Shown in pieces: positions 17,683-26,946 of a stretch of 39,414 bases of DNA (position 1 is the first letter of the stretch; each line of letters begins with the position of its first letter). The notes below the pieces were generated by a model, which made no database searches, was not told the DNA's origin, and worked only from the letters and a program-made list of their open reading frames with translations. Location of the stretch: assembly GCA_041497895.1 (NCBI GenBank), contig JBGQHJ010000027.1, positions 1 through 39,414 on the forward strand, written 5' to 3'. The position numbers and the translations under genes were made by a program. This stretch comes from Candidatus Methylomirabilia bacterium. GTDB taxonomy: Bacteria > Methylomirabilota > Methylomirabilia > Rokubacteriales > CSP1-6.

Positions 17683-19061
17683 GCCTTCATCTGCGGCCAG
17701 GTCTTGTCGATCCAGGTGTACGTCGAGGTCGGCTCCCCCTTGGGCCAGCCGGGAGGCGCCGTGATGTTGCGGATCGGGATCGTGATGATGCGGGTCGGGT
17801 CCAGGATCTGGAACGGATAGTCGGGCGAGTTGATGCTGAACCCGGTCATCGCGTCCTTGTAACCCTGGTGGGTGTCCGGGCGGATATACACGTAGCCCGC
17901 CGGGCCGGGGTGCATCAGACCCTCGAGCTGGCCGATGATGGCGTCGTCGTCCGGCCAGCCGCCCGCGAGCCGGTTGGCCTTCTCGACCGCGGTCTTCAGC
18001 ATGTAGAGGGTGGAGTAGGCGCCCTCGGACTGGAAGTTCGGGTACTCCTTCCAGCGGTCGTAGTACTTCTTCACGAACTCGGTGTTGAGCGGCCAGCGAT
18101 TATTCGGCGGGAAGTTGAAGTAGTAGTTGGAGTGCACGCCCGCGATCGCGCCTTCCGGATGATCCTTGCCGATGGCGTGCGGGGCCACTCCGAACGCGAT
18201 GGTGGACGCGAACTTCATCTTCTTGAACAGGTCGTAGCGCAGCGCCTGCTTGTAGAGGGCCACGTAGTCGCCGCCCCACACCGACGACACCAGCAGGTCC
18301 GGCTTGGACGAGATGGTCTTGGTGATGTGGGAGGTAAAGTCCGTGGTGCCGAGCTTCGGCCAGCCCTCCGACACCACCTGCGCCCCCGGCATCAGCTTCT
18401 TCATGACGATGTTGACGTGGTCGAAGGCGTTGCGGCCGTAGGAGTAGTCGGGATGGATGTGGGCGATGCGGCGCGCCTTCGGCCACGTCTGCGCGATGGC
18501 CATGGCGCAGGTCACCCCGTCCGCCGACTGGATATTGGTGATGCGGAAGATGTAGTGGGGGTTCGGCACCGCCTTGTCGAAGAGGAAGTCGGTGCAGCCG
18601 TCCACGAAGATGGTGAGGAGCTTGAGCTCCTCGGCCACCGGGCCGAGCGCGGGGGTGTTGCCGCTCGAGATGACGCCGGTGAAGAGGTCGACCTTCTCGG
18701 AGAGCTTGAGCCGCCGCATCTCCTTCACGTTGGCGTCGGTGCCCGCATTCTCGTCGGCCTTGAAGGTCTCGATCTTGCGCTTGCCGAGCAGGCCGCCCTG
18801 GGCGTTGATCTCCTCGGCGGCGAGGGTGTGGCCCTTGAACGAGGGCTCGCCCAGCACCGCGGCGGGCCCGGTGAAGAACGTCATGTGGGCGATCTTGTAC
18901 GGCGTGTCCGGGATGGTCCCCTTGGGCTGCCCGTACGCCGGGGTGACCAGCGGCACGGCGGCCAGGGGAATTCCGGCGCCGGCGGCCGCGCCGGCGGCGG
19001 CGGTGCCGACCGTCACGCCCAGTCGGGCCAGGAAGTCTCGACGGCTGACCTCTTGAGTCAT
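17679..19061 (-). CDS. Tat-exported ABC substrate-binding protein, LivJ-like type I fold
   Basis: SD GAGGAGG; SRRDFL twin-arginine signal; AAEEINAQGGLLG, PDYSYGR, WPKLGTTDFTSHI. Confidence 0.92.
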   Translation of the reverse strand: MTQEVSRRDFLARLGVTVGTAAAGAAAGAGIPLAAVPLVTPAYGQPKGTIPDTPYKIAHMTFFTGPAAVLGEPSFKGHTLAAEEINAQGGLLGKRKIETFKADENAGTDANVKEMRRLKLSEKVDLFTGVISSGNTPALGPVAEELKLLTIFVDGCTDFLFDKAVPNPHYIFRITNIQSADGVTCAMAIAQTWPKARRIAHIHPDYSYGRNAFDHVNIVMKKLMPGAQVVSEGWPKLGTTDFTSHITKTISSKPDLLVSSVWGGDYVALYKQALRYDLFKKMKFASTIAFGVAPHAIGKDHPEGAIAGVHSNYYFNFPPNNRWPLNTEFVKKYYDRWKEYPNFQSEGAYSTLYMLKTAVEKANRLAGGWPDDDAIIGQLEGLMHPGPAGYVYIRPDTHQGYKDAMTGFSINSPDYPFQILDPTRIITIPIRNITAPPGWPKGEPTSTYTWIDKTWPQMKA

Positions 19062-19185
19062 GTGTGGGCCCTCCTCGTTGGGGGTCTGCTCGAACGACGT
19101 TGCTGCGTGGGGGTCATGCTGCGCCATACTCTGCCCCAGCAACCGACGCCAGCGCAAGAAGTTCCCCGGAGCTCCGGGCACCCAC

Positions 19186-19191
19186 TATAAT
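19186..19191 (+). promoter_or_regulatory. -10 box TATAAT
   Basis: Perfect TATAAT in a GC-rich context, 15 nt before the ATG at 19207. Confidence 0.55.
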
Positions 19192-19206
19192 CTGGCTGGG
19201 CGGACC

Positions 19207-19863
19207 ATGTACGGGCTCAGGCGTGTCCTCGGGGGTCTCGGCCGGGCGCTCGGAGCGCGCCGCGGCACCTTCGCGGGCGTGGCCGCCACCGTGTTCGCCC
19301 TCGATATCCTGGTCCCCCCGCTCGTCCTTTCGATCGCCCGAGCCCGGGTCGACTACTTCACGTTCAATCCGTGGCTGCCGAGCCTGCCCGGCTACCTCCG
19401 CTCGGGCCCCGGTCCCCTCGGCGAGCGGCTCGAGCGGGCCTTCAACCTGGCGCTCTTCTGGTTCTCGGCCGACGGGATCTTCGGCGTCGACTGGGGCTTC
19501 GCGGTGACCGCGTCCGACCTGGCCCGCTTCGCCCTGATGGCGGTCCTGGTCGGGGTCTACTTCGCGCTGTGGCGCTACCGGCGCGAGCGGACGGGGGGCG
19601 CCGGCCGCGGGCTGCGGGGGGCCCCGCAGGGTGGCGTACTGGGGGCGGCCGGCAGCGTGCTCGGTCTGGCCACCGGGGGCTGCACGGTGATGGGCTGCGG
19701 CGCGCCGATGATCCCGGTGGTGGGCCTCGCCTTCGTCGGCCTGTCGAGCGGCACCCTGGCGTGGCTCGCCCAGGTCTCGACCGTCGCCACCGTCGCGGTG
19801 ATCGGCGGGATGAGCCTGGGCGCGCTCTACCTCGCCTGGCGGGTCGGGGCTAGCGACCCTTGA
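19207..19863 (+). CDS. Hypothetical integral membrane protein with CxxxxC motif (GGCTVMGCGAP)
   Basis: Four or five hydrophobic segments; ATG at 19207; divergent from the transporter operon. Confidence 0.75.
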   Translation: MYGLRRVLGGLGRALGARRGTFAGVAATVFALDILVPPLVLSIARARVDYFTFNPWLPSLPGYLRSGPGPLGERLERAFNLALFWFSADGIFGVDWGFAVTASDLARFALMAVLVGVYFALWRYRRERTGGAGRGLRGAPQGGVLGAAGSVLGLATGGCTVMGCGAPMIPVVGLAFVGLSSGTLAWLAQVSTVATVAVIGGMSLGALYLAWRVGASDP

Positions 19864-20644
19864 ACTGGGGCTCGCGCTTCTCGACGAAGGCGCGCGCGGC
19901 CTCGCGGTGGTCCTCGGTCATCCCGGTGCGCGTGTGGTGCCACGCCTCGAGATCGAGCATCTCCTTGAGCGAGGCGCTCTCCGCCGCGTTCATGTTCCGC
20001 TTCATGTAGCGGAAGGCGACGCGCGGCCCGCGGGCCAGACGGGAGGCCAGCGCCATCGTCTCCTCCTCCAGCCGGGCATCCGGGACGACGCGGTTGACCA
20101 GGCCCAGGCCGAGGGCCTGCTGGGCGTCCAGCAGGTCGGCGGTGAAGTAGAGCTCCCGCGCCTTGGCCGTCCCCACCAGCTGGGTCAGGTAGTAGCTACC
20201 GCCGAAGTCCCCCGAATAGCCCACGCGCGCGAAGGCGGTGCCGAGCCGTGCGGTGTCGGAGGCCACACGCATGTCGCAGGCCATCGCGAGCGAGAGCCCG
20301 GCGCCCGCCGCCGGCCCGCGCAGCATCGCGATCGTGGGCTTGGGCATTTCGTGCAGCCAGCGCGACACCTCCATGCGCGCCCGCAGGGCCTGCGCCTTCT
20401 CCTCCATGGTCTGGCCGCCCAGCTCGTTGCCCTCGGCCATGGCCTTCACGTCGCCGCCCGCGCAGAAGCCACGTCCGGCGCCGGTGAGGACCACGACGCC
20501 GACCGCCGGATCGTCGGCCAGGCGCGGCAGGGCTTCCAGCATGGCGTCCAGCATCGGGCGCGACATGGCGTTGAGCCGGTCGGGCCGGTTGAGGGTCAGC
20601 ACGGCCACTCCATCCTTCACGGTCTCGAGCAGATCGGTGGTCAT
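19850..20644 (-). CDS. Enoyl-CoA hydratase/isomerase (crotonase; PaaG-like)
   Basis: LTLNRPDRLNA, GRGFCAGGD, PKPTIA, AAGAGLSLA, EDHREA..AFVEKR; SD AGGAGG. Confidence 0.93.
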   Translation of the reverse strand: MTTDLLETVKDGVAVLTLNRPDRLNAMSRPMLDAMLEALPRLADDPAVGVVVLTGAGRGFCAGGDVKAMAEGNELGGQTMEEKAQALRARMEVSRWLHEMPKPTIAMLRGPAAGAGLSLAMACDMRVASDTARLGTAFARVGYSGDFGGSYYLTQLVGTAKARELYFTADLLDAQQALGLGLVNRVVPDARLEEETMALASRLARGPRVAFRYMKRNMNAAESASLKEMLDLEAWHHTRTGMTEDHREAARAFVEKREPQFKGR

Positions 20645-20674
20645 CGGGGTGCCCCTCCTTCCGGAGCCGCGGCG

Positions 20675-20680
20675 ATTGTA
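20675..20680 (-). promoter_or_regulatory. -10 box TACAAT for the crotonase gene
   Basis: Minus strand TACAAT 30 nt upstream of the ATG, followed by an SD. Confidence 0.5.
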
Positions 20681-20715
20681 CCCTTTCGCCGGCCGCGATA
20701 GGCTCCAGATCAGCG

Positions 20716-21645
20716 ATGCGTCGGCTCCCGCTCGCCCTCGCCCTCGCCGGGCTCGTGGCGGTCTCGACCGCCCGTGGGGTGGAGCGCCCGCTCGCCGCCC
20801 ATACCCTCGAGGTCGACGGCGTCAGCCGCCGCTATTACCTGCACGTGCCGCCGGCCCTTCCCGCGATCCCCGTTCCCCTCGTGCTGGTATTCCACGGCGG
20901 CGGCGGCAACGGCCCCGGCACCGAGCGCCTCACCCGCTTCACGCCACTGGCCGACCGCGAGGGCTTCCTCGTCGCCTTCCCCGAAGGTCTCGGAAAGAAC
21001 TGGAACGACGGCCGCGAGTTCACGAGCTCGCTTGCCCATCGAGACCACGTCGACGACGTCGGCTTCGTGACCGCGGTGATCGACACGATCGGCCACGCGT
21101 ACGCGGTGGATCCGCGACGCGTCTACGCCACCGGCATCTCGAACGGCGCCATCTTCTCGCACTACCTGGCCGCGCACCTGTCGGCCCGCATCGCGGCCAT
21201 CGCCCCGGTGGTCGGTGGCATCGCCGACCCGGCGGAGCCGTGGCTCCGGCCGGAGCAGCCGGTCTCGGTGCTCATGGTCCAGGGCACGCGCGACCCGCTC
21301 GTGCCCTATCACGGTGGCGCGGTGGCCTTCGGGCGCGGCCGGATCATCGACACCGAGGAGGCCGCGCGTCGCTGGGCCGCGCTGAACGGGGGGAGGGACC
21401 CGGTGTGGGAGGCTCTCCCGGCCGGGGCCGGGGCGGACCGCTGCGGCGGCCTCCGGACGGTCTACCCGGGCGGGCGGGACGGCAGCGAGGTGATCCTGGT
21501 GCGCCTCGATGGCGGCGGGCACACGTGGCCGGGCGGCGCCCAGTACCTGCCCGAGATGCTGGTCGGCCGCGTCTGTCGCGACTTCGACGCCACCGCGGTC
21601 ATCTGGAACTTCTTCAAGGCCCACCCCAAGCGCGGCGGGCCGTGA
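20716..21645 (+). CDS. Exported PHB-depolymerase-family esterase (LpqC-like alpha/beta hydrolase)
   Basis: Signal peptide; LVFHGGGG, DDVGF, GISNG nucleophile elbow, GTRDPLVP, GGGHTWPG. Confidence 0.88.
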   Translation: MRRLPLALALAGLVAVSTARGVERPLAAHTLEVDGVSRRYYLHVPPALPAIPVPLVLVFHGGGGNGPGTERLTRFTPLADREGFLVAFPEGLGKNWNDGREFTSSLAHRDHVDDVGFVTAVIDTIGHAYAVDPRRVYATGISNGAIFSHYLAAHLSARIAAIAPVVGGIADPAEPWLRPEQPVSVLMVQGTRDPLVPYHGGAVAFGRGRIIDTEEAARRWAALNGGRDPVWEALPAGAGADRCGGLRTVYPGGRDGSEVILVRLDGGGHTWPGGAQYLPEMLVGRVCRDFDATAVIWNFFKAHPKRGGP

Positions 21646-21655
21646 CCGCGCGCGG

Positions 21656-23575
21656 CTAGCTCCGCACCGCCGGCACCTTCTCGCTCTCTCGCGCCGGCTC
21701 CGAGCCCGTGAACGGACGCGGCCGGAACGCGGCGGGCGCGAGCCCCAGCTCGAGGATGCCGCGCTCGAGCCACGTGTGACGGTCGGCCATGACCGCCGCT
21801 GCGACCCGGCCCTTCAGGGCGTCGTCGTTGCGCCACAGATCGGCGAAGAGCCGCCGCACCTTGCGCCGAGCGTTCCGGCAGAAGAGATCGGCAAGCTCCC
21901 GGGCCGGCTCGGCCTCCGGGTAGCGCCCGTCGGCCAGCCGCGCGGCGTGGGTGGCCGCCGCCGCCATCGCGAACAGCTCCATCGCGATGTCGACGCTCCG
22001 GAAGAGAAACGCCTGCTTGCGCTCCATCCCGGCGCGGAACCGCAGCATCCCGTGAAAGCTCGCCCGCGCGAGCCGTCGCGCGCTGCGCTCCACGAAGCGC
22101 AGGTGCGGGGCGAGCGGGCCGAGCTCGCCGTAACGCGCGGGCACGCCGAGGCCGCGGAGCCAGAGCGACGGGTACCAGCGCGCGTAGAACGCGGCCACCC
22201 GCGGCAGGGTCGCGCGCTTCTCCGCCGCGCTCCGGCGCGGATCGATCAGGGCCCCCGCGACCTCCAGGTGCTTGTCGACCGCCTCGCGGGCCATGAACAG
22301 ATGCATGATCTCGCTCGAGCCCTCGAAGATCAGGTTGATGCGCAGGTCGCGCAGCATGCGCTCGACCCCGATCGCCGCCTCCCCGCGCCCGGCCAGCGAC
22401 GGCTCCGTCTCGTAGCCCCGCCCGCCGCGGATCTGCAGGGTCTGGTCGGCCAGCTCCCACGCCCGCACCGTGTTCCACTCCTTCGCGGCAGCCGCCTCGA
22501 GCCGGATGTCGTAGCCTCCCCGGTCGGCCAGGGCCGCGGCGAGGACGGCCACCGAGTCCATCGCGAAGGCGGTGGCCGCCATGTCCGCGATGCGATTCCC
22601 GATGACCTCGTGCTTCCAGATCGGCACGCCCCACTGCACGCGCGCCGCGGCCCAGCCGCGGCAGATCTCGAGGCAGCGCTTGGCCGCGCCCGCGCAGACC
22701 GCGGGCAGGGTGAGCCGCCCGGTGTTCAGCGTGGCCAGCGCGATCTTGAGCCCCTGCCCCTCGCGACCGATGAGGTTCTCGCGCGGCACCCGCACGTCGC
22801 GGAAGGTGATGACGCCGTTGGCGAGCGCGCGGAGTCCCATGAATCGGCAGCGGTACTCGACCGTGACGCCCTCCCAACCGGTCTCCACCACGAACGCGCT
22901 GATCCGGTGGGTCTGGGGATCGCGCGCCATCACCACCAGCAGCTCGGCGAGGGTGCCGTTGGTGCACCAGAGCTTCTCGCCGTTGAGCACGAAGTGGTCG
23001 TCGCGCCGCTCCGCGGTGGTGGCGAGGCTCGCGGGGTCCGAGCCCACCCCGGGCTCGGTCAGGGCGAAGGCGGAGATGGCCCCCGCCGCGCAGCGGGGCA
23101 GGTACTTGGCCTTCTGCTCGGCGGTGCCGAACAGCTTGAGCGGCTGCGGCACCCCGATCGACTGGTGCGCGGACAGCACCGCCGCGATGTTGCCGTCGTA
23201 GCTGCCCACCAGCTCCATGGCCCGGCAGTACTCGGACACCGTGAAGCCGAGGCCGCCGTAGTCGCGGGGAATCTTCATGCCGAAGGCGCCCAGTCGCCGC
23301 AGTCCGGCCAGGACGGTCGGCGGATACTCACCGCTCTGGTCGATCGCCACCGGGTCCACGTGCTCCCGCAGGAAGACCCGCATGTCGTCGAGGAAGCGGG
23401 TGAACTCCGGACGATCCTTCCCCTTGATCGGGAACGGATGGATCAGGTCGAGGGACAGCCGGCCCAGGAAGAGATCGCGCAGGAACCCGCGGCCCTCCCA
23501 GATCTCGGCGCGGGCCTGCTCGGCCACCCGCCGGGACTCCTCCTCGCTCGTCGTGCGCGCGTCCGGTGTCGGCAT
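21656..23575 (-). CDS. Acyl-CoA dehydrogenase (VLCAD/FadE10-like long form)
   Basis: SAHQSIGVPQP, AFALTEP.VGSD, LNGEKLWCTNG, GGRGYE, DLRINLIFEGSSEI; SD GGAGG before the ATG at 23575. Confidence 0.93.
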   Translation of the reverse strand: MPTPDARTTSEEESRRVAEQARAEIWEGRGFLRDLFLGRLSLDLIHPFPIKGKDRPEFTRFLDDMRVFLREHVDPVAIDQSGEYPPTVLAGLRRLGAFGMKIPRDYGGLGFTVSEYCRAMELVGSYDGNIAAVLSAHQSIGVPQPLKLFGTAEQKAKYLPRCAAGAISAFALTEPGVGSDPASLATTAERRDDHFVLNGEKLWCTNGTLAELLVVMARDPQTHRISAFVVETGWEGVTVEYRCRFMGLRALANGVITFRDVRVPRENLIGREGQGLKIALATLNTGRLTLPAVCAGAAKRCLEICRGWAAARVQWGVPIWKHEVIGNRIADMAATAFAMDSVAVLAAALADRGGYDIRLEAAAAKEWNTVRAWELADQTLQIRGGRGYETEPSLAGRGEAAIGVERMLRDLRINLIFEGSSEIMHLFMAREAVDKHLEVAGALIDPRRSAAEKRATLPRVAAFYARWYPSLWLRGLGVPARYGELGPLAPHLRFVERSARRLARASFHGMLRFRAGMERKQAFLFRSVDIAMELFAMAAAATHAARLADGRYPEAEPARELADLFCRNARRKVRRLFADLWRNDDALKGRVAAAVMADRHTWLERGILELGLAPAAFRPRPFTGSEPARESEKVPAVRS

Positions 23576-23597
23576 GGGGGGTCCTCCACTTGCCTCG

Positions 23598-23630
23598 ATT
23601 CTAGCGGATTCGCGGAGGCGGCGGTATGCT
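23598..23630. promoter_or_regulatory. Back-to-back -10 boxes of a divergent promoter
   Basis: Minus-strand TAGAAT (23598-23603) and plus-strand TATGCT (23625-23630) between divergent genes. Confidence 0.45.
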
Positions 23631-23686
23631 CGGCTGGCCGCGCGCATCCCGCGGCGAACGAATCCCCCGCGAAGGAGGAGCGCGTC

Positions 23687-24190
23687 ATCGCCACCGATCC
23701 GATCGAGCAGCGAGTGCGCGAGGTCCTCGACGGCCTCGGGCTGTCCCACGAGATGGTCGACATCGACCCGCAGTACGCGGACACCGCCGCCTTCTGTGCC
23801 CAGTACGGCTACCCCATGGAGCAGTCGGCCAACACCATCATCGTGGGCTCCAAGAAGGAGCCGAAGCGCTACTGCGCCTGCGTGGTCCGGGCCACGCGGC
23901 GCGTGGACGTCAACCACACGGTGCGCAAGCTCCTCGGCGTCTCCCGCCTGTCCTTCGCCGATCCGGAGGAGACGCGCGCGCTGACCGGCATGATGCTGGG
24001 CGGGGTCACGGTGTTCGCCCTGCCTCCCGATCTGCCGATCTACGTGGACGAGGGGCTGATGGGATTGCCCTGGATCATCCTCGGCGGAGGCAGCCGCTCG
24101 CTCAAGGTGAAGATCACCCCCGACGTCTTCCGCGCGCTGCCCGGCGCCACCGTGGTCCCGGGCCTCGTCACCGCGGTCGGGCCCGAATGA
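23687..24190 (+). CDS. YbaK/EbsC (aminoacyl-tRNA deacylase-like) family protein; start at ATC 23687 or GTG 23714
   Basis: ADTAAFC..YG...QSANTIIV, SFA..EET..LTGM..GGVT.F, GGGSRSLK. Confidence 0.82.
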   Translation: MATDPIEQRVREVLDGLGLSHEMVDIDPQYADTAAFCAQYGYPMEQSANTIIVGSKKEPKRYCACVVRATRRVDVNHTVRKLLGVSRLSFADPEETRALTGMMLGGVTVFALPPDLPIYVDEGLMGLPWIILGGGSRSLKVKITPDVFRALPGATVVPGLVTAVGPE

Positions 24191-26118
24191 CCGCCGACGC
24201 GGAGGGCCCGCAGGACGCCACCCCGGCCACCCGCGCCCAGCAGCGGGCGGTGCTCGACGCGCTCCCCTTCGCCGACGCCCAGGACTTCGAGGACGCCGCG
24301 CGCGGCTTCGTGGCCACCCTGCCCGAGGTCCTGATCCGCAACGCCCAGGGCCGGGTGGTCTGGAGCCTGCGCGACTACGCGTTTCTCGCCGCGGCCGAGC
24401 CGCCGCCCACCGTGAACCCGAGCCTCTGGCGGCAGGCGCGGCTGAACCTGCACCACGGCCTCTTCCAGGTCGCCGAGCGCATCTACCAGATCCGCGGCTT
24501 CGATCTCTCGAACATGACCCTCATCGAGGGCGACCGCGGCCTGATCGTCATCGACCCGCTGATCTCGGCCGAGGTGGCGCGCGCCGGCCTCGAGCTCTAC
24601 CGCGCGCACCGCGGCACCCGGCCGGTGACCGCGGTGATCTACACCCACAGCCACACCGACCACTACGGCGGGGTGCGCGGGGTCGTGGACGAGCCGCGGG
24701 TCTCCGCGGGCGAGGTCGAGATCATCGCCCCGCTCCGCTTCATGGAGGAGGTGGTGTCGGAGGCGGTGCTCGCCGGCACCGCCATGGTGCGGCGCGGGCA
24801 GTTCCAGTTCGGCGCGACCCTGCCCAAGGGCCCGCGCGGGCAGGTGGACGCCGGGCTCGGCAAGGTGACCTCGCGCGGGACGGTGACCCTGATCCCGCCC
24901 ACGCGCATCGTGGCCGAGCCGATCGAGGTCCACCGGATCGACGGCGTCGAGATCGTCTTCCAGCTGGCGCCCGAGACCGAGGCCCCCGCCGAGATGCACA
25001 TGTTCTACCCGGCGCTGCGGGCGCTCAACCTGGCCGAGAACGCGACCCACAATCTGCACAACATCTACCCGATCCGCGGCGCGCAGGCCCGCGACGCCAA
25101 CGCGTGGGCCAAGTACCTCGACGAGGCGAGGGACCGCTTCGGGCGCGGCGCCGACGTGGCCTTCGCCCAGCACCACTGGCCGGTGTGGGGCACCGCGCGG
25201 ATCCTCGAGTACCTGGGCGGGCAGCGCGACGTCTACAAGTACCTGCACGACCAGACCGTGCGCCTCATGAACCACGGCTACAAGGCCGCCGAGATCGCGG
25301 AGCGCCTCACCCTGCCCCGGAGCCTGCAGGCGACGTGGCACGTGCGCGGCTACTACGGCACGCTCTCCCACAACGCGAAGAGCGTCTACCAGCGCTACCT
25401 CGGCTGGTACGACGCCAACCCCGCGAACCTGAACCCGCTGCCTCCGGTCGAGCGCGGGCGCAAGTACGTCGAGTACATGGGCGGGGCCGCCGCCGCGATC
25501 GCGCGGGCGCGTGAGGACTTCGCCCGCGGCGAGTACCGCTTCGTGGCCGAGGCGATGAGCCACGTGGTATTCGCCGACCCCGCGAACGTGGAGGCGCGCC
25601 GGCTCGGCGCCGCCGCGCTCGAGCAGCTCGGCTACGCGGCGGAGTCGGCGACCTGGCGCAACGCCTACCTCCTGGGAGCCCTCGAGCTGCGGCAGGGCCG
25701 ACCGGACACGACCGCGCGGGCTCCGGTGAGCCCCGACCTCGTCCGCGCCATGAGCCTCGATCTCTTCTTCGACTACCTCGCGGTACGCCTCAACGGCGAG
25801 AAGGCGGAGGGCCAGCGCTTCGTCCTGAACTGGCTCTTCCCCGACGGCGACGATCCGGCGGGGGGCCGGCGCTACGTGCTGACCCTGCAGAACTGCGCGC
25901 TCACCTACCTCGCGGAGCGCCAGAGCGAGCACCCGGACGCGACGGTGACCCTCGCGCGCCCGGTGCTGGACCGGCTCGTGCTGCGCGAGCTCACGATCGG
26001 GGAGGCGATCGACCAGGGCCTGGTGGCCATCGCGGGCGACCGGGCCGCGGTCGCCCGGCTCTTCGGCCTCCTCGACGACTTCGCGCTGATGTTCGACGTG
26101 ATCGAACCGCGCCGCTGA
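24187..26118 (+). CDS. Alkyl sulfatase (SdsA1/BDS1-like; MBL fold, dimerisation domain and SCP2-like C-terminal domain)
   Basis: TVNPSLWRQA, RGFDLSNMT, THSHTDH, QHHWP, RGYYGT, WRNAYL; ATGA overlap with the upstream gene. Confidence 0.93.
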   Translation: MTADAEGPQDATPATRAQQRAVLDALPFADAQDFEDAARGFVATLPEVLIRNAQGRVVWSLRDYAFLAAAEPPPTVNPSLWRQARLNLHHGLFQVAERIYQIRGFDLSNMTLIEGDRGLIVIDPLISAEVARAGLELYRAHRGTRPVTAVIYTHSHTDHYGGVRGVVDEPRVSAGEVEIIAPLRFMEEVVSEAVLAGTAMVRRGQFQFGATLPKGPRGQVDAGLGKVTSRGTVTLIPPTRIVAEPIEVHRIDGVEIVFQLAPETEAPAEMHMFYPALRALNLAENATHNLHNIYPIRGAQARDANAWAKYLDEARDRFGRGADVAFAQHHWPVWGTARILEYLGGQRDVYKYLHDQTVRLMNHGYKAAEIAERLTLPRSLQATWHVRGYYGTLSHNAKSVYQRYLGWYDANPANLNPLPPVERGRKYVEYMGGAAAAIARAREDFARGEYRFVAEAMSHVVFADPANVEARRLGAAALEQLGYAAESATWRNAYLLGALELRQGRPDTTARAPVSPDLVRAMSLDLFFDYLAVRLNGEKAEGQRFVLNWLFPDGDDPAGGRRYVLTLQNCALTYLAERQSEHPDATVTLARPVLDRLVLRELTIGEAIDQGLVAIAGDRAAVARLFGLLDDFALMFDVIEPRR

Positions 26119-26130
26119 GGCGGAAGTAGC

Positions 26131-26946
26131 CTACTCGCGGAGGGCGCCCGCCAGCAACCCGCGCACGAGGTAACGCTGGAAGCCGACCACGATCAGGATG
26201 GGCGGCAGGCTCGCCAGGAGCGAGGCGGCCGCGATGTCGCCCCACGGTACCTCGAAGACGCCGGGAAAGAGCGCCAGGGCCACCGGCACGGTACGGCTCG
26301 CCTCGGTGGCGGTGAAGCTGTACGCGAAGAGGAACTCGTTCCAGGAGAAGAGGAACGCGAGCAGCGCGGCCGAGGCCATCCCGGGCGCCACCAGCGGGAG
26401 CACCACGAAGCGCAGCGCAGCGAGCCGGCCCGCGCCGTCGACGGCGGCCGCCTCCTCGAGGGCGCGCGGGATCTCCCGGATGAAACCGGCGAGCAGCCAG
26501 ATGACGAGCGGCAGCGCGAAGGAAACGTTGGCCAGGATGAGGGCGAGCCAGGTGTCGCGAAGGTCGAGCGCCCGCATCAGCAGGTAGAGCGGGCTCACGG
26601 TGGCGATCTGCGGAAACGCGGTCGCCGCGATCATGCCGAGCAGGATCACCCCGCGGCCGGGCACCGGCAGGCGGGCGAGCGCATAGCCGGCGAGCGCGCC
26701 GAGCCCCACCGCGAGCCCGGTGCTCGAGAGCGCGATCCCCAGGCTGTTCAGCAGCGCGCGCGGCATGAGGCTCTGCCGCAGCACCGCGTCGTAGTGCACC
26801 GCGGTGAGGCGGCTCGGCAGGAGGTGGCTGAGCGGCAGCAGCTCGGCGTCCGGCCGCACCGAGGTGAGCGCCTGCCAGAAGAACGGCATCGCGTAGAGGA
26901 CCAGCGCGGCCAGCACGATGGCGTCGCGGAGCCGGCCGGTCCTCAC
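26131..26946 (-). CDS. Carbohydrate ABC transporter permease (MalG/SugB-like)
   Basis: EAA loop IPRALEEAAAVDGA, FSWNEFLFA, PWGDIAAAS; GTG at 26946 overlaps the upstream stop. Confidence 0.9.
   Translation of the reverse strand: MRTGRLRDAIVLAALVLYAMPFFWQALTSVRPDAELLPLSHLLPSRLTAVHYDAVLRQSLMPRALLNSLGIALSSTGLAVGLGALAGYALARLPVPGRGVILLGMIAATAFPQIATVSPLYLLMRALDLRDTWLALILANVSFALPLVIWLLAGFIREIPRALEEAAAVDGAGRLAALRFVVLPLVAPGMASAALLAFLFSWNEFLFAYSFTATEASRTVPVALALFPGVFEVPWGDIAAASLLASLPPILIVVGFQRYLVRGLLAGALRE

Noticed and set aside
19139..19152. Minus-strand TGGCGTC-GG-TTGCT as a sigma54 promoter for the transporter operon
   Set aside because: The GG-to-GC spacing is 2 nt too short for a -24/-12 element.
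19678..19707. Shared 'MGCG' between the 19207 protein and the 491-988 repeats
   Set aside because: It is a four-residue match with different Cys spacing, 19 kb apart; likely coincidence.
21509..23686. 893-aa plus-strand ORF (21509..24190)
   Set aside because: Only its last ~165 codons are YbaK-like; the rest is the antisense shadow of the acyl-CoA dehydrogenase in high-GC DNA.
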